The notes beneath the pieces were generated by a model. The model was given only the letters and a program-made list of their open reading frames with translations. It ran no database searches and was not told where the DNA came from. From Heteronotia binoei (Eukaryota), in assembly GCF_032191835.1 (NCBI RefSeq), contig NC_083239.1, positions 55,924,001-55,988,000 of the forward strand: 64,000 bases of DNA. The letters are read 5' to 3'. Positions 36,351 through 48,820 of this stretch are shown piece after piece; positions within the stretch are counted from its first letter, which is position 1, and each line of letters begins with the position of its first letter. Position numbers and translations under genes: made by a program.

Positions 36351-36907
36351 TGGCAGAGGAAGAAGTCAGAATACAAAGTGCTGTTCCCAAATGTCCACAT
36401 TTGGCTGGGGGGAGGGGGGGGGAGGGAGACACACAACAGCTCGGAAGTAGCTGGCAACCATTTTTAAAAACCTGACCCAAGGACACCGCAGGTGGGACTC
36501 CCGCTATCCTCACACAGCCCTCATCGGATAGAAAGGAGTTTCAGGGGCCCGTAATGGCTGCCGAGCTGCGTAGCCAACTCTGGGTTGGGAAATTCCTGGA
36601 GATTTGGGGACGGGGAAGCACAGCGAGGACAGGGTTTGGGAAAGGGAGGCATAACGCCACAGAGTCTACCCTCCGAAGCGGCCGTTTTCTCCAGGGGAAC
36701 TGATCTGGTAGATGAACTGGTAGAACAAAGTTGGAGCCAAGTCGCACCTTTAAGACCAACAAAGTTTTTAAGGATGATAAGAGTTCCATGCTTGGAGCAC
36801 ACGAAAGTTTACATTCTGAATCAAACTTTGGTCTTAAAGGTGAAGCTTGACTCCTACTTGGAGATGAACCAGGAGGTCTCTAGGCCAAGCACCAAGCCTC
36901 AAACAGC

Positions 36908-38374
36908 CACGTGAGAGGGAGAGCAAGAACGGGCTGAAAGAAGCAAAAAGCAAATCCCCTTCCAGCTCTCTTTATGGGGGCCTTCTTTCAAACCCCCTGT
37001 CCTGAAATTTGCTACCACCGTGAAGTCATCTGGAAGTGTGCGGAAGAAAGAAATTATCTTTCCCCTCTTCCGCCAGCCAGGATCTTGGATTAGGCTCAGC
37101 AGCCACAAGCATGTGCGTCTGTTTACACCCCGCCCCGCCCTGAAGCCAAGCGAGGGGGGAGAGGAGGAGGGGTGGCGGCAGACGGGCTACTACGCTCCTG
37201 GAGCAGAGGCAGATTACGTAATGGCACAGAGTGTTCCCAGCAAGGAAAGGAGGCGCACGCTCACCAGCCCGAGTGCATACAAACACACACCCCTTCCTCG
37301 GAAAAAGGATGGACAGTCAGGGGCCAAACCTTGCTAAGGGTGGGGGTGGGGGGACCATCTGAAAGCAGCACAAAAAGGGGAGGGGGCCCTGCCAGGACAC
37401 TGGAGGGGGCTGAAAGAGAAGAGACGGAACATCCAGCACCAGGCACCGAACTTTTGCAAAGTTCAGTCCACTCCACCATCCGGCTACAGCTGTTTTTCCG
37501 GGGAGAAAAAACCAAATGCAGCCACTCCAAGAGAGGATTCCCAGTTCCTGGTTGGGTAACTCCTGGAGATTTGGGGATGGAGCCTGGGGAAAGCAGGGTT
37601 TGGGGAGCAGAGGGCTCTCAGCAGAGACGTCATGCAGGAGACTCAGCCTCTGAAGCCGTCACTCTCTGGGGTGGAAGGACTGACCTCTGTAGTGTGGAGA
37701 TCAGAGGGGAGATCTCCCAGCCCCACCTGGAAGCCGGCAGCCCTTCTCCAAGTTGTCCCCTTCACCCCCCCTCTCCAACTACCACACGCACACACTCACA
37801 CACACACAAAGCCAGGCAGGTGTTGAAAACTTTTTAATTCCAGGGACGGTCGACACAAAAGCGACCTGGTGCACCATTCTGGCACAAAGAAGCCGGACAG
37901 TCACAATGACTAGAGCAGCATATGATCACCCACTCACCCACCCCTGGCCCCAGATCCAGCCGTGTGCATTACCCCAGAACAACACGAAGTTCAGAATGAC
38001 ACACTCCAGGCCATCTGGGCTGAGAAAGGGGTTCTTGGCCATGCGCAGAGAGAAGGACTGCTGTGGGGATTGGCCCTGAGAGGAGGCAGCGGCTCTGTAC
38101 TCCTGAGAGAAGGCAGTGGCCCACGCCCCACTTGAGACCAGCAGCACTGCCTCTCGGGCACTCTTCAGCTGAGAAAAGAGGCCTTCCCAAATCTTCGTCC
38201 CCTTTCTGCCTTCTGGGACAACAGACCAGGAACTCTGCCACAGTTCTCAGGGTCTGCACAAAAGCTCTGAGGGATGGCACAAGATTCACTCGCCAAGGGT
38301 GAAAGGACCAAGCGTGCAGGCCACCAAGGTGCCTCCTTCACTACTTCTGAAAATAATAATCAAGAAACCACGTG
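36908..38374. promoter_or_regulatory. Second E-box/D-box cluster (CACGTG 36908, palindromic ATTACGTAAT 37213-22, CACGTG 38369)
   Basis: Exact motif matches in non-repeat sequence. Confidence 0.5.
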
Positions 38375-39140
38375 ACGCACATCACCACCAGAGCGTCTGC
38401 CTCCAAGATTCTCGGCCTTGGGCTTTTTGCTCAGAAGTTTGAGAATTGGTGTGCGGTGGCTTCTGAGCTTCCAGTTGAAAAGGCAAAGGGGTGGTGGTGG
38501 TGGCTTATCTCACAATCATGGAACTGTATTTTTGACGAGGGAGCTGGCAAACGCTTTAGCTTTCTGGGCTGGGGGAGGGGAAGAGAGAGAGAGAAATCTG
38601 CCTGAAGCAACAGCATCAGACTCTTGCAGAACAAAGAAGAATAAGAAGATATTGGATTTATATCCTGCCCTATACTCTGAATCTCAGCGTCTCAGAGCAG
38701 TCACAATCTCCTTTACCTCCCCACCCTCAACAGACACCCTGAGGCTGAGAGGGCTCTCACAGCAGCTGCCCTTTCAAAGACAACTCCTGCAATAGTGATG
38801 GCTGATCCAAGGCCATTCCAGCAGCTGCAAGTGGAGGAGTGGGGAATCAAACCCGGTTCTCCCAGATAAGAGTCCACGCATTAAACCACTACACAAAACT
38901 GCCTCTCAAATTCAAAGCCTCATCTCCCTTACTCGAGTGCAACAGTCTACACACTGGGTCCACGTCCAGTCTTTCTCCCCTGCCGAAAACAGCTTGCTCA
39001 CAAAACTAGGGGAAAGAGCAGATATGCCCAAACGGCATAAAACGTGCCAATCAGAGTAACACCTGTACACAATCATGCCCCCCCCCACAGACAGGCCTGT
39101 TTGCAAGGACACGAAAACAGCCTCCCTGCCTGCCACAAGA

Positions 39141-39434
39141 AAAGGTAAAGGCAGTCCCCTGCGCAAGCACCAGTTGTTTCTGACTCTGGGGTGACGTTGC
39201 TTTCACAACGATTTCACGGCAGACTTTTTATGGGGTGGTTTGCCCTTGCCTTCCCCAGTCATCTACGCTTTCCCCCCCCAGCAAGCTGGGTACTCATTTC
39301 ACCAACCTTGCAAGAATGGAAGGCTGAGTCAACCTAGAGCTGCCTATCTGAACCAGCTTCTGCTGGGATCGAACTCAGGTCGTGAGCAGAGGGCTCCGAC
39401 TGCAGTACTGCAGCTTTACCACTCTGCCCGCCAC
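39141..39434 (+). mobile_element. Sauria SINE
   Basis: aaaggtaaaggcagtcccctgcgcaagcacc head. Confidence 0.85.
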
Positions 39435-40884
39435 ATACCTGCTCCAAAAGGCTTTGATCCAGCCCTACAAGAGGCAGGAGGGCCTCAAAAGGGCAGCTCC
39501 ATCTTCAAGCCCTTTAGCAAGAAAGCCACAAGTGGATGTAAAAAAAAAGGGGGGGGGAGCTGAGCTGTGAAGGAGGAGGGGGAGAGGTTCCCACCCTCTC
39601 ATGTGCACGCACATGGATTGCAGACACAGACTCAGCACTTCCAATGCCCATGTTGGGAGGTGGCTGGCTAAATATGTACAGGGCTTACAAGCGGCAGTAT
39701 CACCTGGAGTGACACACTGCTGGAGAAGGGAAACGGAGAAGGCAGCGTGCGGTGCCTCCGCGCCTGGAGGGAAGGGTGCTAAAGCCACGGACATGAGCAG
39801 CTGGAGGCAGATAATGGACCATTTCCCTGGGTTTTTGGCAAAGGCAAGAGGAATTGCCACTGCCGGCCAGTAAAACTCATCTTTGTCTGATAGCAGGCAG
39901 ACAACCCAGTAGAAAGAAAGCGGCACAACCACAGTGAAGGGAAATCCTTCCCAAGTTAGTTTAAACTCTCTGGGGAAAGCAGCAAGCTAAGAAAAGGAAG
40001 GTTTTACTTCCACTTGGAATTGAACAAAAGCTTGACACAGCAGCTTCCATCCAAGGCATGAACGGTCTGAGAAACTCCCCAATAATATTCCCGCTGAGCT
40101 GTGGACACCGGTGAGCAAAAATTCTACTTTGTGAGTTCCTGGCATGAAAGTTGGGAGCATCTGCAGATATCAGTTTGTCCGGGGACCATCCTTTCTGAGC
40201 TAAGACTAAAATGTGTGAGCCGGAGGCTAAAAAACGGTGAGCTGGCTCACACCAACTCGGCTTAGAGGAGACACTGGTCCCCGCAATAAAAGAGAGCAAC
40301 TGGTACTTTCAGCCCCCTTGCAGTCTCCCAATTGGACAGTCTTCCTGGGTTGGCGTTTGGCTGCATTTATTAATAAAAAGGAGGAATCGTTTGCAGAGAG
40401 TTTTTAACTAGCACTAGAGTGAGAAGAGCGTTTTGACTCCTAGCGTCTTGGGCAAAGGTCAGGAAGCTCCCGAAATTATTAAGCACGTGCAGCTGTGGCC
40501 TGGCAAAAGACACGCTAATTCCCTGTTAACTCAACTCAGCAGAATTTAAAGATTCAGGAATGGGAGCATCACCCTTTCTATGCAGGGCTCCATTCCTCCC
40601 CCTAATTACAGGGATGATAATGATTACCTGGCGCTTCTGATGAGCAAAATGCTTCTTGGTCTTCATGGTGTCTGCCCTTCTCTGGAAAGGTGCAGTAATA
40701 GCATTTCAGCTTAACAGAGGGGAAACTGAGCTGAAAACGACGTGCAAAGTCAAGCTGAGAAACTCAGGCCACAACGAGGGTAAGAGCTGAACGCATGGCT
40801 TCTAGCCGCAAGACAAAAAATAAAGCTCCAGAGGGCAGCTGTCTTGGTCTACAGGAGAACAGCCAAGTTCCAGGCCTTTGTTGT

Positions 40885-41210
40885 TGTTGTCGTTGTTCAG
40901 TTGCACAGGCCCTACTGTTCTCCACCACTTTCCGAAGTCCGCTCAAATTCATGTTGGCTATATCAGTAATGCTGTCCAGTCATTGCATCTTTTGCCGTCC
41001 CCTTCTTCTTTGGCCTTCTGTCTTTCCCAGCATCAGGATCTTCTCCAGGAAGGGCTCCCTTCTCATTGGGGGGCCAAAGGATTTGAGCTTCAGCTTCAAC
41101 ATCTGCCCTTCCAGGGAGAAGTCTGGGTTGCTTTCCCTTAGGACTGACTGACTGGATCTTCTTGCAGTCCAAGGGACTCTCAAGAGCCTTCTCCAGCACC
41201 ACAATTTGAA
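40885..41210 (-). mobile_element. RTE/BovB LINE 3' fragment
   Basis: WCWRRLLRVPWTARRSSQSVL...LEGQMLKLKLKSFG...LMLGKTEGQRRRGRQ. Confidence 0.9.
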
Positions 41211-42809
41211 ATTGGTTCCAGGCCTGCAAGTGCCTTAAAGACCAAAGGGATGTTCAGCGTATGAGCTTTCGAAATCCCTTCGTCAGATAAATAAAGGAAA
41301 TACTCATTTGGTTGCCTCCTCCACCGAGCCCCTTGGTTTTCTCATCTTCCTTCCAGTCCAGTTCAGAGTAGCTGGGGATTCTGGTTGGTAGCACTGCTCA
41401 TTTAGTGGAAGGTGGCCATGTCCCACTGCTAAGTGGCATCTCTGTGCAAGAACAGATGATTCAAACAAGCAGGGTTCATCCGTCAGACCAGCACTGGGGT
41501 TCTAGTCACTGGCCAGCTTCCACAATGAAGGGGAGCCTCCAGAAAGATTTCACACACACACACACACGCCATTCCCACTTTCATTTGCAAGCCCAGCTGA
41601 GGAGCATGCTGCCCTAGAGTGGGGCAAAGCAGAAGAGAAGGACTGCATTTATCTCCTTTTCCTTCCCCTCCCCACAACAGACATGCTGTGAGACAGGTGG
41701 GGCTGTGAGAGCTCTTTCAAGAATTGCTCCTGAGAGTGCAGCTCTTTTCAAAAACCGTGACAGACCCAAGGTCACTCCAGCAGGTGCATGTGGAGGAGGA
41801 GGAGCGGAGAATCAAACCTGGCTTTCCCAGATTAAAGGCCATGCATTTAACTAACACACCAAACTGTAAATCAGGTTGACCCCTCTCCCCGATTGTCACA
41901 AATACTGCACAGCTGGATCCTGCACCCCTTCACGATTAAGCCCCATCCCAACGTAGAGAGGTGATTCACAAATGATCCTTTGGTTTGGGGACAGGGCAAA
42001 GAGCTGACCACTCAAAGCCTGTCTAAACATGTTGTAGGATGGTAGTTCCCCGTCCCCAGAGACACCTGCAAAATGCAGAGCAACTGGGGAGCCAAAAACC
42101 TCAGTCTCTTTGCTTCAACCACCACATCTGGGGAGAAAACCCAGCCATGGAGAGAGATGGTCATGAGAACAAGGTCTTCGATACGGGTTGGAGCGACAGT
42201 GGGAGTCAGAGGAAATTGCCAAGAAAAAGTTTAACTCGCAAGTCGCTGCCACACTGTCCAAGGCTTTGCATTCCCCTGGCCTCCAGAAGATGGCTTGGAG
42301 GCCCCAGGGATCCGGCCTGGTTTGCAAGAAGAGAAGGAAAACTTAGTCTTAGACCTTCCCGGGGCCAGGTAAGAGAAGCCTGTCTTGTTCCCACAACTTT
42401 CTCCTTCCCATCATTTCTACATTGGCATCTTCACGCTCGTCCCTGCCCTGAAGGTTTTTCCTAGCACGACTGGTTTCACCGTGCGACACTCACATGGCTC
42501 CACCTCAGCCAAGAGCAGGCAGCTCACGCCACCCGGGCAGGAGGTGCTCAGAGGTGCTTCGGGGTGGGCGGGTCAGTGGCCGACAAGCAGAACCAGGCAA
42601 TTACAGCATCAGAGTCTGTGGCGTGTCTGTGGTGAAAGGGCTGCAACTCGTTCCACATGAAGAAGGATGTGCGAATTGACTTTCACTCCTTCAAAATACC
42701 AGTCCGTGAAACTCAACGGAGGTAGCTCTATCTGGGTAGAATTCTGAACCAGCCAAGCAGCGTGTGTGAATGGGCCACCCAAAGCAGAACATCCATCTCC
42801 TTACATCCA

Positions 42810-43310
42810 ACATAAGAGAAGCCCTGTTGGATCAGGCCAATGGCCCATCCAGTCCAACACTCTGTGTCACACAGTGGCCAAATATATATATGTATATACA
42901 CACACACACAGAGAGTTGCTAGTAGCCACTGATGGACCTCTGCTCCATATTTTTATCCAACTCCCTCTTGAAGGTGGCTATGCTTGTAGCCGCCACCACC
43001 TCCTGTGGCAGTGAATTCCACATGTTAATCACCCTTTGGGTGAAGAAGGACTTCCTTTTATCTGTTTTAACCTGACTGCTCAGCAATTTCATCGAATGCC
43101 CACGAGTTCTTGTATTGTGAGAAAGGGAGAAAAGTACTTCTTTCTCTACTTTCTCCATCCCACGCACTATCTTGTAAACCTCTATCGTCATCCCGCAGTC
43201 GATGTTTCTCCAAGCTAAAGAGCCCCAAGCGTTTTAACCTTTCTTCATAGGGAAAGTGTTCCAACCCTTTAATCATTCTAGTTGCCCTTTTCTGGACTTT
43301 TTCCAATGCT
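42810..43310 (-). mobile_element. CR1 LINE 3' fragment
   Basis: [36 protein letters not shown]. Confidence 0.88.
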
Positions 43311-44017
43311 TTGGAGTTTGGACCATTCACACATTCAGCGACTGTACACTGCTTAAAGACCACAAGCATGTTTATCCCAGGCCTATTCAAGATCAAATAT
43401 TACAAAACCCTTCATGCTTACCCAAAGTTCGGCGTTCCCTAGGAAAGTTGCCAAAATCCAAAGTCCACCTGCAACAGAGTTCCCCGTATGTGCCCCCCTC
43501 CAGTATCTACACCACCCGTTTTCCAACAGTGCCCCTCCGAGCTGGAAACCTCTAAACAGGAATTGTACATGTAGGAACAACCAGAACACACTGTGGAAAC
43601 TCAGCGCTGGGGTTTAAAATGAAAACAAGATGCAGACTCTTCTGGTTCAGAACCGGTGAAGACTGTCAAGAGGCCAAGCACTCAAGATCCAGAGACGCCC
43701 CGAGTAATCTGAAAGCTCACAGGAATTCGCACCCAAGCCTCACACCAAGGACGAGCAGCCAAGGACACCCCCCCTACCCCGAATAAATGAGTAACCCCAA
43801 ACACCCCTGAAATAGCGATGCCTGCTACAACACAAACGTAGGAGGAGAGCTGCACATGGGAACAGAAGGGTGTCACGATGACAGGCACCTGCTAGGCCCC
43901 ATACAAAACAGCCCCTGCGTGGGGGATCTACGCAGACTCAGATGCGAATCTTCCCTGGCACAAATGAAGCTGCCTCAGATCACGATGAGGCCTGATGAAG
44001 GCCAGTATTGTCTACTC

Positions 44018-44154
44018 CTGGGGTGGCCAACGGTAGCTCTTAAGATGTTTTTTTGCCTACAACTCCCATCAGCCCCAGCCATAGGCTGTGCTGGCTGGGA
44101 CTGATGGGAGTTGTAGGCAAAAAACATCTGGAGAGCTACCGCTGGCCACCCCTG
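44018..44154. mobile_element. Short palindromic hAT MITE
   Basis: TIR C[T]GGGGTGGCCA/TGGCCACCCCTG; identical 8-bp TSD GTCTACTC. Confidence 0.88.
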
Positions 44155-44399
44155 GTCTACTCAGACAGGCAGCCGCTCTCCAGGGTCTTCAACGGCAACT
44201 CCCACCGCATCCTTTTAACTGGAGATGCCAGTGGAGGTTGAACCTGGGACCTTCTACTGCTCTGCTGCTGAGCCACGGCCGCTGACCCACCCCTGTCTGG
44301 TTTCCCAATACTTCTCCAGGGTGACCCAATGGAGAGGGGCAGTCTGGACCTTCCACAAACCGGGACAGTCCCTGGAGGGTGGCTGAGTCCACGCGCCAG

Positions 44400-46450
44400 C
44401 CAAGCCCCTGTGGCCACTCAGCTTGGACCCTGAGAGCAAGGATGGGCACGAGCTCACCTGCTGCCTCCTCCCGCACCCAACCTGAGCCGCCCACCTGGCC
44501 AATGATCCCACCGCACTGGCCCACACCTGGGCCTCTGGCCTCCTCCCCTGGCACCCGGGGCCCCTTCCCCACCTTGGGCCTCATCCTGCCGCCCAGCACA
44601 GGTCTTGCGCACCCCCCCCCCTGGCCCGCACCGAGCCTGGGCCAGCCCCCTCCTCGTGGGCATCGACCCCTGTGCAGTGCAGGCCAGGTGGGCTGCGCTC
44701 CCTCTCAGCAAGCCAGGCTCTCATGGGCGCCCCACCGGTTGGGCGACTGCCTGCAACGAGGCTCGGGGGCCACGTGCAGCAGCAGGGAGGGGGGAGGAGG
44801 CATGCATCCGCCCCCCCTCAGGGCGTCCCCCGGGCGGTGGAGGCGGGAGCCCCCGGGAGCGTGCATGCAGCGGGGCGGGAGGAAGGGAGGGCCGCCTCCT
44901 GCTTACCTGCTCGCCTCCGCCTCTGAGCGACGCCCGCCGCGTCCAATGGGCGCTTCCCCTGCCCAGCGCTGGGCGGCCCCAGAGGCCCTGCCGGCCACGT
45001 GCGCAGCTGGGCGAGGGGCGCGCCGCCGCGTGAGGGGGCGGGGACAGAACGCCGGGACATGTGCGGGGGCGGGGCCAGGAGCGCGCGTGGGGAGGGCCGA
45101 AGGCGAGAGGGCCAATGGGAGGCCGAGGAGCGCAAGGCTCGTCTGGGCTGGGGGGGGGGGAGGGAGGAAAGAGAGAGCCTGTTCCGCGCTGATTGCCAAC
45201 TCCCGGCGGGGGATTCCTGGAGATTCCGGGGCAGGCGGCATTTGCGGCAGAGGGGGCTCAGCGGGTGTGTGAGGAAAGGGTCCTTCGGGTCCTTCAGTCG
45301 TCCCCACCCGGTGCTGTAGAACGGAGCAGTCAGGTCGCCTAAGGGTGGCGTGGCACTCGCTCCCGGAGGTCAGTGGTGATTCCGAGATCTCCAGGCTCTA
45401 CCTGGAGGTTTGAAACTCCCAGCTAACGCTGCGCGTAAAGCATTTCAAATGATCATGCTGCCAAATTTTGCACGCTCCTGTTATTCTTTCTGCTTTTGCA
45501 AGAGACATAAAACGCAAGCAGGCTTTCGTACCTTCTTTCTTTTGGACTGCTACCTATATGATTTAGGGACATTGAAGTGGAATTAGTGGTGTTAATTATG
45601 TACCTTGCAAAAGTAGAAAGAATAACAGGAGTATGTAAAAATTTGCAGCACGGTTGTTTGAAATGCTTTAGGACGCAGCGTTGCCTGGGAGTTTCAAATT
45701 ATCGGTGCACTGTGGTTTCCTGTCGTGTTCTCCCTGGAGGTTGGCAACCCCCACCTGTTTCGTCGCAAGGGCCCGCCAGGCGGCGCAAAGAACGCGGCGC
45801 TCCTTTGGATGCCGCCGGGCAGGCGCTGGGACAGGAGGGGCGGTGGCGGGAACCGGCAGCTGAGTCCTTCCTGCGGGCTGGTTCCCCCTACCAAAAGCCG
45901 CCCTTCTCAGCCCGCTCCTGGCCCAGGCGGGTCCCCCCAGCACGGCAGCCGGAGCTTCAGCGGGGAGCAGCAGCTAGGCAGGCGGGCACCGTCGCCCTCC
46001 AAGGCGTGGGAAGCGTTCGAGGCTGACCTGCTGGTCAGTTGGCAACCGGCTCTCTCGCAGATATCCCGGCCGTGCGGCGCATCCCCCCCCCCCCCGCCCA
46101 GCAGAAGGCGAGATCGTGGAGGCAGCGGAGGCTCCTGAAAGCGCCGGAGGGCTCCCGCCCGGGGCGGGAGGGTGGGAACTGACCCTTGGTGTCCCTGCCC
46201 GGGACTGACCAGCGTCTCCCAAGGGGCCTGCGGGAGCGTCTCCTTCCCCTCTTCCCTGGGCCTGCAGGGGGCAGCAGAAGGATGCTGCGGCCAGCTGGCC
46301 TCTGATTGGCTGGCAGGGATGCTGCCTCCGGGATGCTCAGCGGGGATTAGAGGTGCCCCGCCTGCCCCAGCATCTGCTCCTTCCCCCCTCCTCTTCCTCC
46401 TCTTCCTCTCCCATGGAAGGCTCCGGGCAGGATGAGCGCCTCCTCGGGAA
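44400..46450. promoter_or_regulatory. CpG island, probable bidirectional promoter of CIPC-like (-) and the PH-domain gene (+)
   Basis: High CpG/GC; GC boxes; CCAAT at 44943 and 45113; E-boxes CACGTG 44771 and 44996; minus-strand donors CAG|GTAAGC (44907/44906) and CAG|GTGAGC (44458/44457). Confidence 0.7.
44907..44945 (-). other. Candidate non-coding first exon of the CIPC-like gene
   Basis: Perfect donor CAG|GTAAGC just downstream of CCAAT/E-box/GC boxes; the TSS position is inferred, not observed. Confidence 0.45.
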
Positions 46451-46477
46451 TCCATTGGGGCTATCTCCGCAAATACG
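46432..46477 (+). CDS. Uncharacterised PH-domain protein, coding exon 1: MSASSGIHWGYLRKY(G)
   Basis: ATG 46432 after a long pyrimidine tract and AG; TAC G|GTGAG phase-1 donor; GYLRK resembles PH strand beta-1. Confidence 0.78.
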
Positions 46478-47487
46478 GTGAGCTGCCAGACCCCCTTTCG
46501 AGCCCCAAGCAGAGGGGTGGCGGGATGGGGATCTTGGGCCAGGTCAGCTTCTGCCCTCTTGGCAACGGGTGCTTGGAAGGAAATCTTGGAGGGAGCCAGG
46601 AGGAATTGGATAGGTTCAGCCTAGCCTGGGGGGAGACCATGGACCAGCATCCAAATAGATAGATCCAAGAGGGCAGCGTGTTGGTCTGAAGCAATAGAAC
46701 AAGGCAATGGACAAGGTGCATCTTGTCTTTTGCCTTGTTCTGCAGCATCCGGCATCCCTACAGCTCGTAGCTCCTGTCCTTGGAACTCTGTGAATCCTAC
46801 CCTCTGAAAGCGGGCTGGTCATAATTCCTCAGGACTGAGTGTGTGGCACTTTGCACATGCTCAGAAGTACCTTTTTCACAGGTTCAGGGGCTGAGTGGTG
46901 AAGCCACAAGGAGGGCCTCCTAGGACTCACTTTCCTGAGGGTCCCTGGCTTAAATTAAACCCCTCCCCTGCCCCACTTCCAGTCCTGTCTCAGGGTCTAG
47001 CTAAAGTGCAACTGTTTTCTCCAAGGAATGGGGGCTGGTAGCGCTTGCTTCAAAACGACTTTTGTGGTTCGTGGCTCCAGGACAGACAGAAATAAAACAG
47101 CTGGATCGGAAGAGTAGCATTATTGCATCTGCAGCATGTTAGAATGGCCAACAAGATGGAGAATAAATTTCCTGTCCCTTGAATAAAGGCTAGATGGGTA
47201 GAAATGGGCAAATTAAGCTTTTCATGGGATGGAGAGATAATAGTAATATCCCATTGATCTTCAGCCTGGGAAGGGCTGAAGATTCTGCTACTAAAGCTGC
47301 CCAGGCCAGGTAACCCTCACATTTTTGACCATCTTTAGCATCTTTATGAAGACGTGAAGAACTTAACTTGGGAGGGGCTGCGCCCCCACCCCCCCACACT
47401 AGCCTGACTGCTAATCATTGGCCACACATAAGTAAAATCTAAAGTATGAGAATTTGGAAAAATAGGATAGTCGACTTTCTACTGGGA

Positions 47488-47900
47488 AAAAGGAAAGGAA
47501 AGGTCCCCTGTGCAAGCACCAGTCGTTTCCGACTCTGGGGTGACGTTGCTTTCACACCGTTTTCACGGCAGACCTTTTTACAGGGTGGTTTGCCATTGCA
47601 CGGGCAAACCACCCTGTAAAAAGTCTGCCATGAAAATGTTGTGAAAGCAACGTCACCCCAGAGTCCGAAACGACTGGTGCTTGCACAGGGGACCTTTCCT
47701 TGCCATTGCCTTCCCCAGTCATCTACGCTTTCCCCCCAGCACACTGGATACTCATTTTACCGACCTCGGAAGGATGGAAGCTGATTCAACCTCGAGCCGG
47801 CGACCTGAAAACCCAGCTTTCACCGGGGATCGAACTCAGGTCGTGAGCAGAGTTTAGGACTGCAGTACTGCAGCTTTAACACTCTGCACCACGGGGCTCT
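47488..47900 (+). mobile_element. Sauria SINE with an internal fold-back inversion
   Basis: Arms 47495-47594 / 47603-47701; flanked by TSD TTTCTACTGGGA. Confidence 0.85.
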
Positions 47901-48059
47901 TTTTCTACTGGGAACTCTGCCTTAAATTGAAACGTGATGGCCATGTTTATATCTGTGCACTGGGGGGGTGGGAAGGTGATGCTGGGGGCCGGGAGTAGGT
48001 GAGATAGTTGTTTTTTTCCAACGGGAGTTGGGAATGCTATTTTTGAAACCCCGTTTCTG

Positions 48060-48388
48060 AATCTGTTATTTCAAATTCCAAGATCCTTTGCGCTCACACA
48101 ACTGACCCATCCTTTGCTCAAAGAGGCTGAGTGTGGATTTCAGCAGACCCTCTTAGAAGTCTGTGCTGCATTGCAGAGTCCCCCCTTCCCTGTAATGCCC
48201 ATGAGGATTATAGCTGCCAGCATTTGCTTGAGCTGTAATCCCAGGGCGGCCAAGGGAGAATTTAATCATCATTTTAATCTGGGGGTTGCCATGCGTGATA
48301 CTTGTCAGGCCCGTGGCGGATTGATAAAGCCAGAGCATCTTTAGTAGCAAATTATTCTTTGGGATAAACAAGGCATCCGTCCACTCAG
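48060..48388 (+). repeat. Dispersed duplicated non-coding element, copy A (PH-gene intron 1)
   Basis: Aligns by eye to 55680-56049; core caagggagaatttaatcatcattttaatct is identical. Confidence 0.85.
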
Positions 48389-48820
48389 AAACGGAGGCCC
48401 TCGAAGGCACCTGCAAAGTTCAGATGTGAAAAATAAGGAAGAGGAGGCTTTATTTGGAAGTCTCCAGGGCTGGGAATTCTTGCTTCCCTTGGAAGCGAAG
48501 AGCAAAGCTGATGTGCTTGCAGAGGGCTGCAATGTTCACATCATAGGGCCATGTGTTCCCCCCTCCCCCCACAACGGCTGGGATGTTCTGATAGGAGTCC
48601 TACAGGGGCCTGATTCGGCCCCCAGGCTGGACTACATGCCCTCTATGACATCTCCTAACTCTGTGATTCTGCATCCTGCCCTCTGCTCTGGAAACCATTT
48701 CCCACAATCCCAGCAGTACTGGGTCCCATTGCAAGTCCCTGTTCATGAGCCAAGGGCACTCTGTGCATGCTCAGGCATCTTCACGCCACATTCTTTCCTG
48801 TGAATCTTTGCCCTTTTCAG

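Noticed and set aside
44379-45272. 297-aa ORF, also 28001-28834 and 28947-29804
   Set aside because: Stop-poor GC-rich promoter or repeat-containing DNA; no domain signal or splice logic.
46413-46477. Out-of-frame upstream ATG (ccATGG) before the PH-gene start
   Set aside because: Lies between the pyrimidine tract and the first AGs (46418-19, 46429-30), so it is probably intronic. It would matter only if transcription starts locally.
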